From Octopus vulgaris (lineage: Eukaryota), in contig OX597825.1 in NCBI GenBank assembly GCA_951406725.2, positions 54,622,001-54,686,000 on the forward strand: a stretch of DNA of 64,000 nt, given 5' to 3'. Each line of letters begins with the position of its first letter. Position 1 is the stretch's first letter. Positions 45,883-60,525 of this stretch are shown here, piece after piece. The notes beneath the pieces are model-generated. The model searched no databases. It worked only from the letters and a program-made list of their open reading frames with translations, and was not told where the DNA came from. Both the position numbers and the translations under genes were made by a program.

Positions 45883-46296
45883 ACATACATACATACATAC
45901 ATACATACATGCATGCATACATACATACATACATACATACATACATACATACATACATGCATGCATACATACATACATGCATACATGCATACATACATAC
46001 ATATATACATACATACATGCATGCATACATACATCATACATACATACATACATACATATACATGCATACATACATACATACATACATACATGCATACATA
46101 CATACATACATGCATACATACATACATACATACATACATACATACATACATACATACATGCATACATACATACATACATACATACATACATACATGCATA
46201 CATACATACATGCATACATACATACATACATACATACATACATACATACATACATACATACATACATACATACATACATACATACATGCATGCATA
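45883..46296. repeat. (TACA)n microsatellite
   Basis: Seen directly. Confidence 0.97.
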
Positions 46297-46550
46297 CGCA
46301 TAGATATATATTTATATATGTGTGTGTTCTTTTATATATATATACATGTGTGTGTGAGGGTGTGTGTGTGCGTGAATATATATATATATGTATGTGTGTG
46401 TGTGTCAATGTGTGTTTGTACATACGTATATTTATGTACATATATATATAATTACAGATTCACACACATATATGCATATTAATATACACACATATACACA
46501 CGTATATATACATATGTATATATATTTATGTATGTATGTATATATATATA

Positions 46551-46592
<42 letters not shown>

Positions 46593-47348
46593 CACACAGA
46601 TATATACATATATATATGTACATTCTTTTATGTACATATATTTATGTTTGTGTATCTATATACATGTGTGTATACTTATATGTGTATGCATGTATGTATA
46701 TATATACGCACATTCTCAGTTCATTGCTAAAATATATTGGTATTTAAAAAAATAATTGTATATGGGTGGTGTGTTAGATAATGATGTTGTTTTAATTATT
46801 GAGTTTAGCTTCGGTATTTTTTATTTGTATTTTATCAAGGTTTGTATGTATAGCTTGATGTATTAAATTAGTATGTTTTTTTTTGTTTTTTTAATTATCT
46901 TACTTCTATGAAGTCTCAGAGATTCTGTGTTAGATAAGTCCAATGGGTTTTTTTTTGTTTTCATTTGATTGCTTTTTTTTGTTCCTTTTTTAAAAATTTC
47001 TTGTATATAATTTCACACTTCATATTTCTCTTCTTGCAAATTCCTGATGCCTCTGTACTTGTTGCTGTTGTTGTTGTTGTTAACACAAAGAGCTACACTA
47101 TTTGATCAAACTTATGATCAAAGATTTTCCTGTTATATGACAAAATTTAGTGGATATGATGTTGGCAGGGCAAAATCATTCCTGTAGCTGAGTTATGATT
47201 ACATTGCTAGAATGACTTCGTAGCTATTTTTAGCAAGTCAAGCAGGGATGTAATTAAACGCTACAATAAATTTGTAATTTTTAATTTCTTGCTTCAAGAT
47301 TGTCCCTTTCGTGTATATGTATATATACATATAACATGTTATTGTGTG

Positions 47349-47503
47349 TATCATCATCGTTTAACGTCCGTTCTCCATGCTAGTATGGGTTGGACGGTTC
47401 GACCGGGGATCTGGGAAGCCAGAAGGCTGCACCAGGCTCCGGTCTTATCTGGCAATGTTTCTACAGCTGGATGCCCTTTCTAACGCCAACCACTCCGTGA
47501 GTG
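47349..47503 (-). mobile_element. 3' end of an RTE-type SINE/LINE
   Basis: Minus strand ggttggcgttagaaagggcatccagctgtagaaac...aacccatactagcatggagaacggacgttaaacgatgatgat tail. Confidence 0.65.
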
Positions 47504-47504
47504 T

Positions 47505-47604
<100 letters not shown>

Positions 47605-47688
47605 TGTTTGTATGTATGTTGGTATGTATGTATGTGTGTATGTATGTATATAAACAGAGATTTGTATACATATCTGCGTATATTTATT

Positions 47689-47742
<54 letters not shown>

Positions 47743-47899
47743 CATACATATATATATATATATACACATACATACATCAGTGCATATATACATACATGCG
47801 AACATACCTACGCACGTATATATGTATATATAGGTGTGTATATTTGTAGATATATATACATACACGCAAACATTACACATATATATGCATATATATATA

Positions 47900-48290
47900 T
47901 TTCGTTTTGGGATTTGGTTTGCAAGATTCTTTATGTGAGTTCGTGTGTTGAAGCATATTCTGTTGTGTCTGGGGAGAGTCATTTTCTTTTTGTGCCTTAT
48001 AATTTAACATACTCGCCGGTAAAATTTCCACTTATTTCTTATTTTTATTTTCCTAGAATTTTCGTTGCGTCTTGCAATCTTTTCAATAGTCTTAACAGAG
48101 TCAAGACTATTGGAAATGTTGCAAAAAGAAAAGAAAATTACTCTCTCCAGACACAACAGTATATATATACATGGTTTGTATATATTTGTATCGATATATT
48201 TCTCATTTATTTTCAATCTTTATAACTCATTTTTTGTCGGTCTTTTCATTTATGTCGACAATCTGTATTGCTAACGATTTAACACAATCT
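47900..48290. repeat. Repeat related to the left end of the 21510 element
   Basis: tgcaagatt.tttatgtga...gtgtgttgaa.ca.at shared with 21525-21570. Confidence 0.5.
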
Positions 48291-48549
48291 CATGACCCGG
48301 GCATGGTGGGTTAACTGTTCTAATATTGCTTTATTTCCAAAACAATATTTTATTTGAAATAAAGACACACGTTTGTTAAATTCTCACGGTATCTTGCACA
48401 GTAGCACTTACATTATAATAAGTATGACAAAGCCTCTGGCTCATCTATTGTGTGTGTTTGTGTTGTTGTTTTTGTTAACAGTAAACAAAAGGACATATAG
48501 ATAAGGTTGCTCTTAGTCTAACTTTCATAGTAAAATTTAGACTCTAGCA

Positions 48550-48920
48550 AGAACAAGAGGATTAACTCTTCTACCACAGTCTAACTTCCACAGCAAGACT
48601 AGGATTTTAATTATGACACCATTGATAATCCCCATACTATGGTCTAACTTCACTTTTCCGTCGTGGTCAAACTTAATTTATCCATCGTGGTCTAATTTAC
48701 CTCTTCCATCATAGTTTAGCTTAATACTTACATCCTGGTTTAATTTAAAACTTCTATCATTGTCTAATTTAATACTTTCATCGTGGTCTAACTTAACTCT
48801 TTCATTATGGTCTTAATTAACTCTTCTATCATGCTCTATTTTCATTTTACCAACATTGCCCACTCCACTCGTGGTCTAACCTAAGTCTCCTACCATGATC
48901 TGCCTTATACATTCCATTCT
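48550..48920. repeat. Degenerate 24-bp minisatellite
   Basis: Unit approx. tggtctaacttaactcttccatcg, roughly 10-12 copies. Confidence 0.8.
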
Positions 48921-49101
48921 GGTTTCGTTTCTACAGCAATACAATTTGAGGCCTTTTGGTCATCTAACCGTCGTACCTAATTGCTCTCTGTGCACGAAGA
49001 CTCAACAGATAGTCGGTGCTGTGTTTTTCATGGTAACTATTCACTTCACCAGGTAAAGACAGCTACGCGTCAAGTCATATATATATATATATACATATAT
49101 A

Positions 49102-49289
49102 TATCTGTAAAATAATATGTGACAATTATTCAATAGCCAAGATAAAACTCTGAGTTTCGGATGCCGAGGTGGAAATCCAGAGATGGTCATATAACCGTAC
49201 AGATGGTGTTGTAGATTTCCACCTCGGCATCCGAAACTCAGAGTTTTATCTTGTCTATTGAATAATTGTCACATATTATTTTACAGATA
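49102..49289. repeat. Near-perfect hairpin: 76-bp arms (1 mismatch), 36-nt spacer, inside (TA)n
   Basis: 49102-49177 vs 49214-49289. Confidence 0.93.
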
Positions 49290-49315
49290 AATTTTTTGTT
49301 GTCTTACCGTTTTTA

Positions 49316-49418
<103 letters not shown>

Positions 49419-49429
49419 GTATGTATATA

Positions 49430-49810
49430 TTCTTTTATTCTTTTAGTTATTTCTGTCATTTAACTGAGGCCATGCTGGAGCACCGCCTTTAGTCGAACAA
49501 TTCAAACCCAGAGCTTAATCTTTGTAAACCTAGTACTTATTCTATCGGTCTTTTTGCCGAAGCGCTAACACACCAGCATCGGTTGTCAAGCGATGGTGGA
49601 GGGACAAACACAGACACACAAACATAGACATGCACACATATATACATATTTATATACGACGGGCTTCTTTCTGTTTCCGTCTACCAAATCCACTCAAAGC
49701 TTTGGTTGGCCTGAGGCTATAGTAGAAGACACTTGCCCAATGTGCCACGCAGTGGGGCTGAACCCGGAGCCATGTGGTTAGTAAGCAAGCTACTTACCAC
49801 ACAACCACGC
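49430..49810 (-). mobile_element. SINE family A
   Basis: Matches 43338 and 50442 copies. Confidence 0.85.
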
Positions 49811-49811
49811 A

Positions 49812-50400
49812 AGGCGTCGAGCTGACAGAGCCGTTAGTACGCCGGACAAAATGCTCGGCGGCATTTTCTATGTCTTTACCTTCTGAGTTCAAAATCCGCC
49901 GAGGTCCAATTTGCCGTTCACCATTTTGGAGTCAATAAATAAGTACCACTTAAACATTTGGGACGATGTAATCGAATTATCCCTTCTCCTTGAATTGTTG
50001 GCCTTATGTCACTATTTGAAATCAAGATGCTTCGCGGTAAATCGTCCGTCTCTAAGTTCTGAGTTCACATTCTGCTGAAGTCGACTTTCGCCTTTCATCA
50101 TTTCGTGGTCGATAAAATAAGTACCAGGTAAACACTGGCATTGATGTAATCGACTTAACCTCTCCAACGAAATTACTGACCTTGTACCAAAATTTTAAAC
50201 CAATAATATAAGTATTTTATGGTAGCGAGCTTGCAGAATCATTATCATGCTGGGCAAGATGTTCTGAGTTCAAATTCTGACGAGGCTAACTTTGTGTTTC
50301 ACCATTTCATAAAATAGGTATTAGTTGAGTGATAGAGGCGATGTAATCGATTTGGACTCTCCTCCAAATCTGCTGACCTTGTGTCAAACTTTGAAGCCAG
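49812..50400 (+). mobile_element. Three tandem copies of tRNA-derived SINE family B
   Basis: Repeated ttctgagttcaaa...gaggtc.ac.ttgcc.ttca...ataagtacc...gatgtaatcga...gaccttgt. Confidence 0.8.
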
Positions 50401-50441
50401 TATCAGAAGTAGTAGGTATATAAATTGATGCTGAAGTGGAT

Positions 50442-50645
50442 ACTCTTTTACTCTTTCATTCATTTGACTGTGGCCATGCTGGAGCAACGCCTTTAGTCGA
50501 GCAAATCGACCCCAGGACTTATTCTTTTAAGCCTAGTACTTATTCTATCGGTCTCTTTTGCCGAACCGTTAAGTTACAGGGACTTAAAACACACCAGCAA
50601 TCGATGTGGGGGGGGGGGCAAACACAGACACACAAACATATACAT

Positions 50646-50688
<43 letters not shown>

Positions 50689-50855
50689 TACGACGGGCTT
50701 CTTTCAGTTTCCGTCTATCATATCCACTCACAAGGCTTTGGTCGGCCCTAGACTATAGTAGAAGACACTTGCCCAAGGTGCCACGCAGTGGGAATGAGCC
50801 CGGAACCATGTGGTTGGTAAGCAAACTACTTACCACACTACCACTCCTACGCCTA
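50442..50855 (-). mobile_element. SINE family A
   Basis: Head, internal microsatellite and tail all present. Confidence 0.88.
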
Positions 50856-51714
50856 TACACATTTGTCAGAAATAGGCATAGAATTAAAGGAGTCACTTTA
50901 TGTATGAGCAAATAAAAACTTTCTTAGTAAAGATGTGAAAATACATTCAGAGTGTAATTCTGGCTGAATAGTATCTGAGGCGGTCAAATACGTTCTGGAA
51001 ATCATATTAACACACATACGCACAAGGACACAGATACATAAATTCGTGTTTATATGTATATAGATACATATACACACACACAAACATACATACATACATA
51101 CATACATACATACATACATACATACATACATACATACATACATACATACATACATACATACTTATCTACATACATATATATATATTCACACGTGCGTGTG
51201 TTCAAAAGCCGAATATCAGTTGGGATGGGAGCAGCGTGCAATAGTAAACAATAGCTAAGAGAGAAAAAAATGTTAATTTGTCAGTCACTTTGTTTTTTAT
51301 GGTATGACATAACTGTAGTTTAATGTTGATGTTGGTTTTATATAATGGATATTTAAGATAAACATTGGGGATAAAAAGAAATTAATGTTGGTCAATTGTT
51401 GACGAGGTAACATTATAACCTCATAAATCTAGGATGTACGTATGTGTATGTGCGATTTTGTGTATATAAGGGAACTAGCTTTGCATAAAATCATATACTA
51501 TATACACAAACTGCATAATAAAATAAACACACAGACACATGGTTATAGAGATATGCAAATATATCTGTATGTATATTTGTACCTCTACATATTCACGTCT
51601 ATGTATGTCTGTGCGTGTGAATGTGAGGGCATATGTGTGTCCATGTACGTATAATATATATGCATATACATACATACATACATACATACATACATACATA
51701 CATACATACATACA

Positions 51715-51745
<31 letters not shown>

Positions 51746-51774
51746 GCATTAATGTAAATATGCAGGGATATATT

Positions 51775-52448
51775 TCCTTATTCAGTTTTCATGATTTCTT
51801 GCCAATAGAGAAAGTGCCGGTTTCTAACCTAGATCCAAGGCTCTTTCACTGGAATTTCAACTACCACAAGGTATTTTTGTATTTATGTATGTATACGTGC
51901 AGATTCGTATGTTTTGTTTTATGTATGTATTTTTATGCATACAGTTGCATATCTAAACATGCTCATATATACTTGAATGATAAACTTCTGGAAAGTTTTA
52001 CACATTTTTACAGTTCCTTTCTGGTTTTGAGAAGCCTAATTTATCAAGATTGGTATTTAGGCTGTGTGTTATATATCCCAGTGCCCCAATAATTACAGGC
52101 ATAAACCTGAACTTGTAATCTGGGTAGAGTAACTATTGATTTCTCAATAGTTGAGCGTAAGTATTCTCTTTTTCGCTGATCTTCAGCTTTATGCTAACAT
52201 CTGATGGCCAGCTGATTCCACAACTGTACATAGTTTCTCTTTTTTATCCCAAATCATTATATTAGGTTTATTCCGTTTATATCTTATTGAGGTTTTCACT
52301 GGAACATTCCACCAGTACTCCCGTTTATTATGAGTGTTTATAACTTCCAACATACTGTGTTCTTATTTCTTTGTCCTCGGGATTATCCTTTCGATAAATC
52401 TCATTTTACAATGTCCAAGCTACAACATCATATCTCATCGGCATATTA

Positions 52449-52479
<31 letters not shown>

Positions 52480-55200
52480 TGTATGTATGTATGTATGTAT
52501 GTATGTATGCGCTTGTTTGCACGTACGTTTGCATATATCTTTGTGTGTATCTTGGCATTTGTTTTCTTCGATATTTATCTAAGTTTTTCTTCGCAGAGCT
52601 AAATCCGGTCATTAATCAAACGTTTGTTTTATCAAGAGAGTTTCAATGATTTCTAGTATATGAGTTATTATTTGTATACATCCGTGTATAGAAGCATAAA
52701 TATACTTCCACTCATGTCATGAATGTACATGCCTCTTAAGTACGTGATCATTAGTATGCACATGAGTGTATGCCTTATGTGTATGCCCTATGTGCATTCT
52801 CTATGTGCATTCCCTGTGTACGCCCGTTATAGATGGGTGTATAGCCAATGCTTCCCTTTGATGATGTGAATATATTTATACTCATCTTTTGTGTATACGC
52901 GTTTCTTTAGTATGTGCTTCATCGGTTCATATAGTATTCCTAATTACCATACGTGTATGTCCTGTGCATACATTAGATGATGTACATATTTAGGAAACTG
53001 AACTTGAAAATCTTTGGAATGTTTGAAAAAAACTTCTCTTGGAATGTTTGACGAATTATTGCCAATCGGTTGCATTTAAAGAATGTGAATTACCTTGTTA
53101 ATTTGTTTTAAAATTCCAGCATTTCAAGATTTCTATGTAAATTTGTCGTTGCATAGATCATTGCGCCTATGATAATATATACAACTGAAAATAAATTACG
53201 CGGATACAAAAGCTGCAAGTTCATTATTACAAAATAGATTTTCTGTTGGTTTATTTTTCACATTTCCGTGCAGCTGGTCTCTGCAACAATGCATGTTTTT
53301 GTTCTCTCTCCCAGAGAAGATTACCTGGCTTATTGTGTTTATATCAAGTGCGTGTTGTAATTGAAATGTTACGCCAGATCTTATTTTTAAAGAGTTAAGA
53401 GAGGTTACTCACTCCGCAAATGCTGTTGCTATCCTCTAACTTGCTGGATATGCATCCAAGCATAATTTCTACTGTTATGATGAGTGGTTCTGTTTGCTTA
53501 GTTTAGGTCAGCCACCCTTAGGTCACATGGAACGGCTGTGGATTTAGAGTGCCTATACTGCAGTCCTTCACCTATTCTGAAGTATGTTCAATCTTGTACT
53601 GTAGTGCTCATTTATCCTGTTTAATAGCTGCTTTCTGACTGATACGATGCTTGCATTTCAAGGCTATTTTTGCCGACGCTATATCCCTGCTTCAATTCCT
53701 GTTCAACAGTTTCCCTTAGTATCACTCTTGATGTATATGTTACCTGAGTTGGTTAATATATTTTCAGCCTTGATGTCCAAGTTCTCGATCTCTTTAAGTG
53801 CCCTGTCCAGTATTACCAATGACGATAACAACATTGGCGCAACAAAATTATTGAATGCAAACGGCTATGAATTTCATAACTTCCTAAATATGCAGAAATC
53901 GTTTTTGCCACTCTAGCTTTAATCACAGCAACAATACCCAATACCCAATCAATATCGAGATAATTCTGGTATTCTTCTTTCGAAAAGTACAAAACATTTG
54001 TATTATGTATTTCTTGTCTCGTTTGGATAATCTTTTCTTGACTACAAAACATGAGTATTTATTTTTACGAAATCCCATTCCTTTGTCCCGTGAGAAATAT
54101 GTATGTCTTTAGGTTTTGTGAATATTACTGGAATGCATATTATGTTCATGAACAAAACAACGTGTAGCTGACATTAATTCTTTGCTCCTTTGCATATCCA
54201 AATATGCAGTCTTGTCATTTCGTAAACAGGTCTTAGAAGGTGTTCCTTGTTAGAATGAACAGTATTACAGATTAAGTTGTCACTCTGGAATATTCCGATC
54301 GATAACCTAATTCTGTTTGTGACAATGGTAGTTGCCTCTGTTCTTATCGATAGCTCTGTTGATCATGTGAACTTTGGTAAGGTGTATTGACTCTAGCATC
54401 AACAAGTAACGGACAGAAATAAGTACCTGTTTATAGCGTGGCTATATATTCAGCAGGCTTCGGAGATGCTGTTTTGATCCTCAACGTTGCTGATTATGAA
54501 TTGCACAGCACAAAACCGGATCCCGTTCTTTCTTTTTTTGTCTGCTTATCAGTCACCAATTTGTATTTCAAAGCGATATCAGGCAAATACAGTAAAAGAA
54601 TTTGTGTATAATTTAAAGATAAGATTTGCATAAATTATGGACCCATAGTTTTCGGGTTCGGGTATCCATTGGTTTCAAGATACGTATAATGACATTACAG
54701 CAGTCAGCTATTCTGAAATATCGAGTTTAGCGTTCATTACTTTTTAAAAGAATTAAGGAAATATCTCTGTAGAATTTCAGCTTCCTACCAAGAACAGACT
54801 ACCGGGTCTATCCTAGGTAATTTTCCATTCAGTAGTTATGCAACAACCGTGAGAAAAGTTTTACTTGGGATGTCATAAATTTTAAGAAAATTAACTGCAC
54901 AGAACTCGCTCTGTCGCTCATTTAATCATACTGCATTACGGGTGTACTCTTTATGTACATTCCAGATTTCTCTCCAAGGTCATCCTAGATAAATGTTTTA
55001 CAACATTGATGATGTAGACTTTAATGCTCTTATAGGGTTGTGGGTTGAATCGGAAGTTTGTGGGCACGCAGTTCATATTCTTACATCGTTGTAAACTCTT
55101 ACGACACATAAACTTCCGATACATCACTTAATATACTTGTTTAAATGCTATTAGTTTAGCTGTGAGAGCCTCTTGTTGAAGGTTCTCAGAGGTTCTGGGT
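51775..55200 (-). mobile_element. Probable ancient PLE remnant with terminus at 51775-52020
   Basis: Terminus shared with 20205-20447; weak RT-like residues on the minus strand (NVLYF...GI...VA.T..AYLGSYE near 53900, YFRIGED near 53570). Confidence 0.35.
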
Positions 55201-55249
55201 AGTTAAAATCACTTCAGATAGTTCAAGATGTCATTATTTACTTCGCCTA

Positions 55250-55640
55250 AGGCGGCGACCCGGCAGAATCGTTAGCACGCCGAGCGAAATGCTTAGCAGT
55301 ATTTCGTCTGTCGCTACGTTCTCAGTTCAAATTCCGCCGAGGTCGACTTTGCCTTTCATCCTTTCGGGGTCGATTAAATAAGTGCCAGTTACGCACTGGA
55401 GTCGATATAATCGACTTAATCCGTTTGTCTGTCCTTGTTTGTCCCCTCTGTATGTAGCCCCTTGTGGGCAGTAAAGAAATAGGTATTTCTTCCGTTTTCA
55501 CATTCTGAGTTCAAATTCTGTAGAAGATGACTTTGCGTTTCGTCCTCTCGGAGGCAAGCACTAGGATCAATTTAATTGACTATCCCCCATTCCAAAAAAA
55601 AAAAAAAAAAATTTCAGGCCTTGTGCCTATAGTAGAAAAG
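55250..55640 (+). mobile_element. SINE family B (a well-preserved copy plus a decayed copy)
   Basis: ggcggcgacccggcagaatcgttagc...agttcaaattccgccgaggtcgactttgcctttcatcctttcggggtcgattaaataagt. Confidence 0.85.
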
Positions 55641-56586
55641 ATTATTTACTTTGACTCTTATAATAATATCCAGTTGCCAGACATTTCTGTTTCCTGGATC
55701 AGACGGTTGGTTGTAAATTTTTGCAGGTGGGGATTGTAATCCACTTTAGTTGTGTGTTCTCACTTTTATCAATTTCTGTTATTCCTGTTCGTTGACGAAT
55801 GGAAACTGCAACATTATACAATAGGACATTTAATGTACGCAAACAGAGAGCGTCAATTTGTACTAATTGTATTAGGTATACATGTATTTAAGTATGTGTA
55901 AATGTGTGTTTATATGTTCGTATGTATGCATTTATCTTCTAATGTATCAATGCATGTATTTATGTGTGTATGTATATGTATAAGCGCAACACATACCAAC
56001 ACAACAGTCCTATATGTAACTATTTCTAGTCCGGAAAATATAACTATATATTACCAATGATTGCAAGACCTCATAACCTCTTGTCATTTCACATATCAAT
56101 TCTGCAACTGAAACTACCTTACAAAGCCAAAACTTCCTCTGCAATTTCAAAAAATACTTCAGCCATTATCATTTTATAAACTTCTTTAGAATATGACCCA
56201 CGACCCAAGATTCGAGTACTGACTACATCTATGGCACAGTGCTGCTACTGATCTGCTAATTCTAGAATTTCTCTTTGTTCAGGTTTTTTCCCAGCAGCCG
56301 TGAGCCTGCACTTCTTTGTGATAATCATTAACCGTGTTAATCTCATTGGCTTCCAGTAACCTATAAAAACCTATGGACATATCTGACTAGACTAAGCCGA
56401 CACAAAATTGGACACTGTCCTGCTGATGTTCGAAATGACCAGCAACAATATCAGTCTCATAAAGTTGCGAATCTGACCTGTAATCATTATAAGTTCCTCC
56501 TCTCATTTCCTTAACTTCAAATAAAATATCATTGTCAGGGTATAATAGATTAATAGATGTTTGATATCTATATAAATACGTAGATA

Positions 56587-56723
56587 GGCGCAGACCTGGC
56601 CGTGTGGTAAGAAACTTGATTTCTAACCACACAGTTTTGGTGTCAGTCCACAGCGTGACACTTTGGGCATGTTTCTTCTAGTATCACCGCGGGCTGACCA
56701 AAGACGGAAACTGAAAAAAGCCC
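56587..56723 (+). mobile_element. SINE family A 5' part
   Basis: ggcgcag...tggccgtgtggtaag...gacggaaactgaaaaaagccc. Confidence 0.75.
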
Positions 56724-56745
56724 ATATATATATATATATATATAT

Positions 56746-57119
56746 GACGGGTGTTCATTAAAGGTTTCGCTTGACCCATTTCCTAAGAACTGAGATAAAC
56801 GAAACGTGGCTCCTTATTAGTCCTTCTCTAGCCACCACCAATGGTAACACACTTCACCCATTGCTTTATGCAGCTGTGAAGAGCTCGTCTGTAGAAGTCG
56901 GTAGGTTGCATCTGGAGCCAAGACGTTACCTCGGAAATAAATCCATCATCATCATCCAAAAAGTGCTTCACCTTCAAAAAAAGACTTCATGGTTGGAAAG
57001 AGGTGGAAGTAGCATGGTGCGAGGTCGTGAGAGTAAGGAGGATGAGGAAGGATTTCATAGTCGCATGAGTCTGTTTTTATATGGGCAACATGCGCATTGT
57101 AAAATGAGGTGTTGTATTG
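56746..57119 (-). mobile_element. Mariner 3' fragment
   Basis: Minus strand PHPPYSHDLAPCYFHLFPTMKSFLKVKHF; LLQYN continues beyond the insertion at 58312. Confidence 0.8.
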
Positions 57120-57211
57120 AATTTAAAACATTTACCCCCATGGCCAATAACCCCTGAGGACAACAACTTCCTAAGACAACTACCCCCTAAGTAGTTAACG
57201 CCTGATGTATA

Positions 57212-58169
57212 CCGTATTTTCTGGTGTATAAACCGCTATTTTCTACCTCGGAAATTTAGTGTGCTCTTTAGAGAAAGGTACACCTAGTCTGTGTAGTTTT
57301 TATAAGTTTCAGGAGGAAGTTAATTTGTGTATGGAGATCGACTGATTCACTGATTTTTTCAGAGGAAAGACCGTTCGGTGAACAAAGTGAAAGACTACGG
57401 CTACAGTACATCGATACCCGGAAGAAAAAGCATATTTGTTTTGTTTTACTTCCATGTTTTGATAATGTTATTTTTAATCTGATAAAGACTTTAATATTGA
57501 ATTTTTTTTTGTTGTTGATTATAGTAAGATAAAATCATAACAATAACAATACATCTCATAGTTGCAAAATAAGGCATTTTGAAACTGCATACACGTCAAC
57601 AAAAATGCTAGCCGTGGACCCGTAACTCAATAGGTCTTTTAAACACCGGTGAGCTTCAAACATCGTTGCTCTTTATGTACTCTTTTTACTCTTTACTCTT
57701 TTACTTGTTTCAGTCATGTGACTGTGGCCATGCTAGAGCACCGCCTTTAGTCGAGCAAATCGACACCAGGACTTATTCTTTTAAGCCTAGTACTTATTCT
57801 ATCGGTCTCTTTTGCCGAACCGTTAAGTTACGGGGACATAAACACACTAACATCGGTTGTCAATCGATATTGGGGGGAGGCAAATACAGACACACAAACA
57901 TATACATACACATACATATATACGACGGGCTTCTTTCAGTTTCCGTCTACCAAATCCACTCACAAGGCTTTGGTCGGCCCGAGACTATGGTTGAAGACAC
58001 TTACCCATGATGCCACGCAGTGGGACTGAACCTGGAACCATGTGGTTCGTAAGCAAACTACTTACCACACAGCCACTCCTACGCCTATGTGAGAATAAAA
58101 CCAAAATTTTCCCCAAAATTCGGCCTTGCTTCTTAAATACCGATGCGTTTTATAGACCGGAAAATATGG
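57212..58169. mobile_element. Tc2/pogo-like MITE nested in the Mutator-like element
   Basis: TIRs ccgtattttctggtgtataaaccgc / gcgttttatagaccggaaaatatgg, left TA. Confidence 0.7.
57682..58086 (-). mobile_element. SINE family A nested in the MITE
   Basis: Full head-to-tail match to other copies. Confidence 0.88.
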
Positions 58170-58514
58170 TGTGATAAGAACTCTAAAAATGTTTAATTTG
58201 CACTTTTAGGTGATAATTTAAAACTTTTTAATATACTGGAAAGGAGAGATTTAACCAAGGGAGATCATTTTCCTGGGGGTAGTTGTCGCCGAGGGTAATT
58301 ATCCTGATACGGTTGTATTGGAGGAGGCGGAAAAAGTTAAAAGATGTGTGTGTGTGTGTGTGTGTGTTACAGGTAAGATATTAAAACAATTATATAGTAG
58401 TAAACACATTTTACCATATGATTAACCACAAAAACCTGTTGTATTCACGGTTGTATTCACGTTTTCTTTATTTAGTTATATAGTTCTCTGAAACACATGT
58501 TAGACTGTTGGACA

Positions 58515-58695
58515 GAATGTCTTGCCGCAACTTATCCGACCATTTACACTCAGAGTTCAAATCCCACCTAGGTCACCTTTGTTTTTCATCATTTTACGGT
58601 GGATAAAACAAAGTAACGGTCAAGTACTATGGATGATGACATCAACTAGACCCGTTTCCCCAAAATTAATGGCCTTGCATCTAAATCAGAAACCA
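58515..58695 (+). mobile_element. Decayed SINE family B
   Basis: gagttcaaatcccacctaggtcacctttgtttttcatc...ggataaaacaaagtaac. Confidence 0.6.
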
Positions 58696-60525
58696 TTTCA
58701 GTTTTACGAAGTATTAAATGGCTTGATCGCATTCCAGCTGTTTGATCAGTGACATCTGTATTTAGTTCCATTGAATGAGGTACATGAGATGCAGTAAAAT
58801 TGCATCCGTTGCAACACCACAGAAATACAAAATTTTTTTCAATCACTTTTTAATTGACAATAATATTAACGAAAAGATGACGAGCAATTATTTCAGGTTT
58901 TGTATTCTTAAATGACGAAAATGATCCTTTAATGATGTAATTGTTTCCCTAATGCCATTTACCAAACGAATTCATGTCCTAAAATTATGAACACTCACCA
59001 GAATGTTGTTTACATGACTGATGTCACCAATGGGCATCCATAGGTAATAACTGTCGCTCACACAAGACTTGCACGCGCACAAAATTATTTTAGTACTGTT
59101 CGCGTAACTAGTAATTTTACATCCTCAACAAATATGTGTTTCGGCACATAAACACTATGTATTTTATTGAATATTCTGCTAAAAAGATCAGAAATTAAGC
59201 AATGGATTGACCCAAACAATGGACTATTCTAGAGAAAGAATATTTCAAAGAATCAAATTTCTTTTCTATTGACTCGTATTCTGAAGAATTCCGCTTCAAC
59301 GGCTCTGGCTTCTCTACAAACAAGTACTTCTCACTGACATTTTCATAGAATGACCGCAGATGGCCTAGTTACCAGAACAAGTTAAACCTTTTACAAATAT
59401 ATAGAACAGCCAAGCAGACCAGCTATCAATTGCGATACCACAGATCATTTGAACTTATACAGTTCACACATCTTTTATTTACGCTGCATGACCTATCCAA
59501 CTGAGGCAGTTTTCATAAACATTGAAAATAGAAAAGCATGTACAAATACTGTTGTGAGACAGGTTCAGCCTCGACTACTAACTCAGACCACTGTAGCTTA
59601 TAGTTTACAAGTTATTGTTATATTATATCAGTGCTAAGGACAGATTCCTGCGGTATAAACAATCTATCACACCAATCTGTCACGCTGTGGAGAGGGGAAG
59701 ATAAAACTGAACGTGCAATACAAAGAGAAAAGGAGAGAGAGATTCAAACTAATGCTACTGGCATATACGCACACTCGTATATCTATGAATCTGTTATCTT
59801 CTGTTATATTGAAGTTCTAAGAGGAAGTTAAATACTCACATGCATACAAATGCTACTGGTACACACACACATACACACACAGATACACGCACACACTGAT
59901 GACATCCCCAGTGTCAGCTAATAGAGCATTACAATCCAGACTAGCTTGTATTGTTTTACATCTAGTCATCATCAAAATCATTACAACTAAAGGAATATAT
60001 AATTCAGCTAAACTCAACTAGAGAGCCGTGCTTAGGTGAACTAATCTATCATTTGCCTCCATTATGCTCATTTTTAATTTTAATTGCGAAATTATGATCT
60101 AAAACCATATGGTATTCAAATTCTTAGCATTAATACGAAGATGTAAAGCTTTGCTGTCATATATGCTATCATCGCAAAAATTAATGTATTACTAATTTAA
60201 ATCTTCACTAAATATGTAGACTGCTGGTTTTCCATAATATAAACTGTCATTTTCCATATAATACATGAGCTGCAGCTAATATTACTTATTTATATTGCTC
60301 AACATTTATTTTTACATTAATTAGAATAATTTCTCCAGCCACTGTAGAACTCTGACGTGTTCCACAGAGGGTGGCTTTCAAGATTACAGCTGGAAGAACG
60401 GAGAGATAAAGCTTCAATATATTATGAATATGATTACTCTACTTTTGATATATTTTCTGCACGGCAAACTCCCACACACAGGGTTTCATATAGATTCGAA
60501 GAAATGTGTGTGTTTGTGGCTCCTA

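Larger units (their letters stand above)
57120..58311. mobile_element. Mutator-like non-autonomous element with 9-bp TSD
   Basis: gttgtattg at 57111-57119 and 58312-58320; degenerate TIRs with gacaactacccc / ggggtagttgtc subterminal repeats. Confidence 0.6.

Noticed and set aside
48550-48920. CRISPR-like array
   Set aside because: Contiguous degenerate units without unique spacers; eukaryotic context; no cas genes
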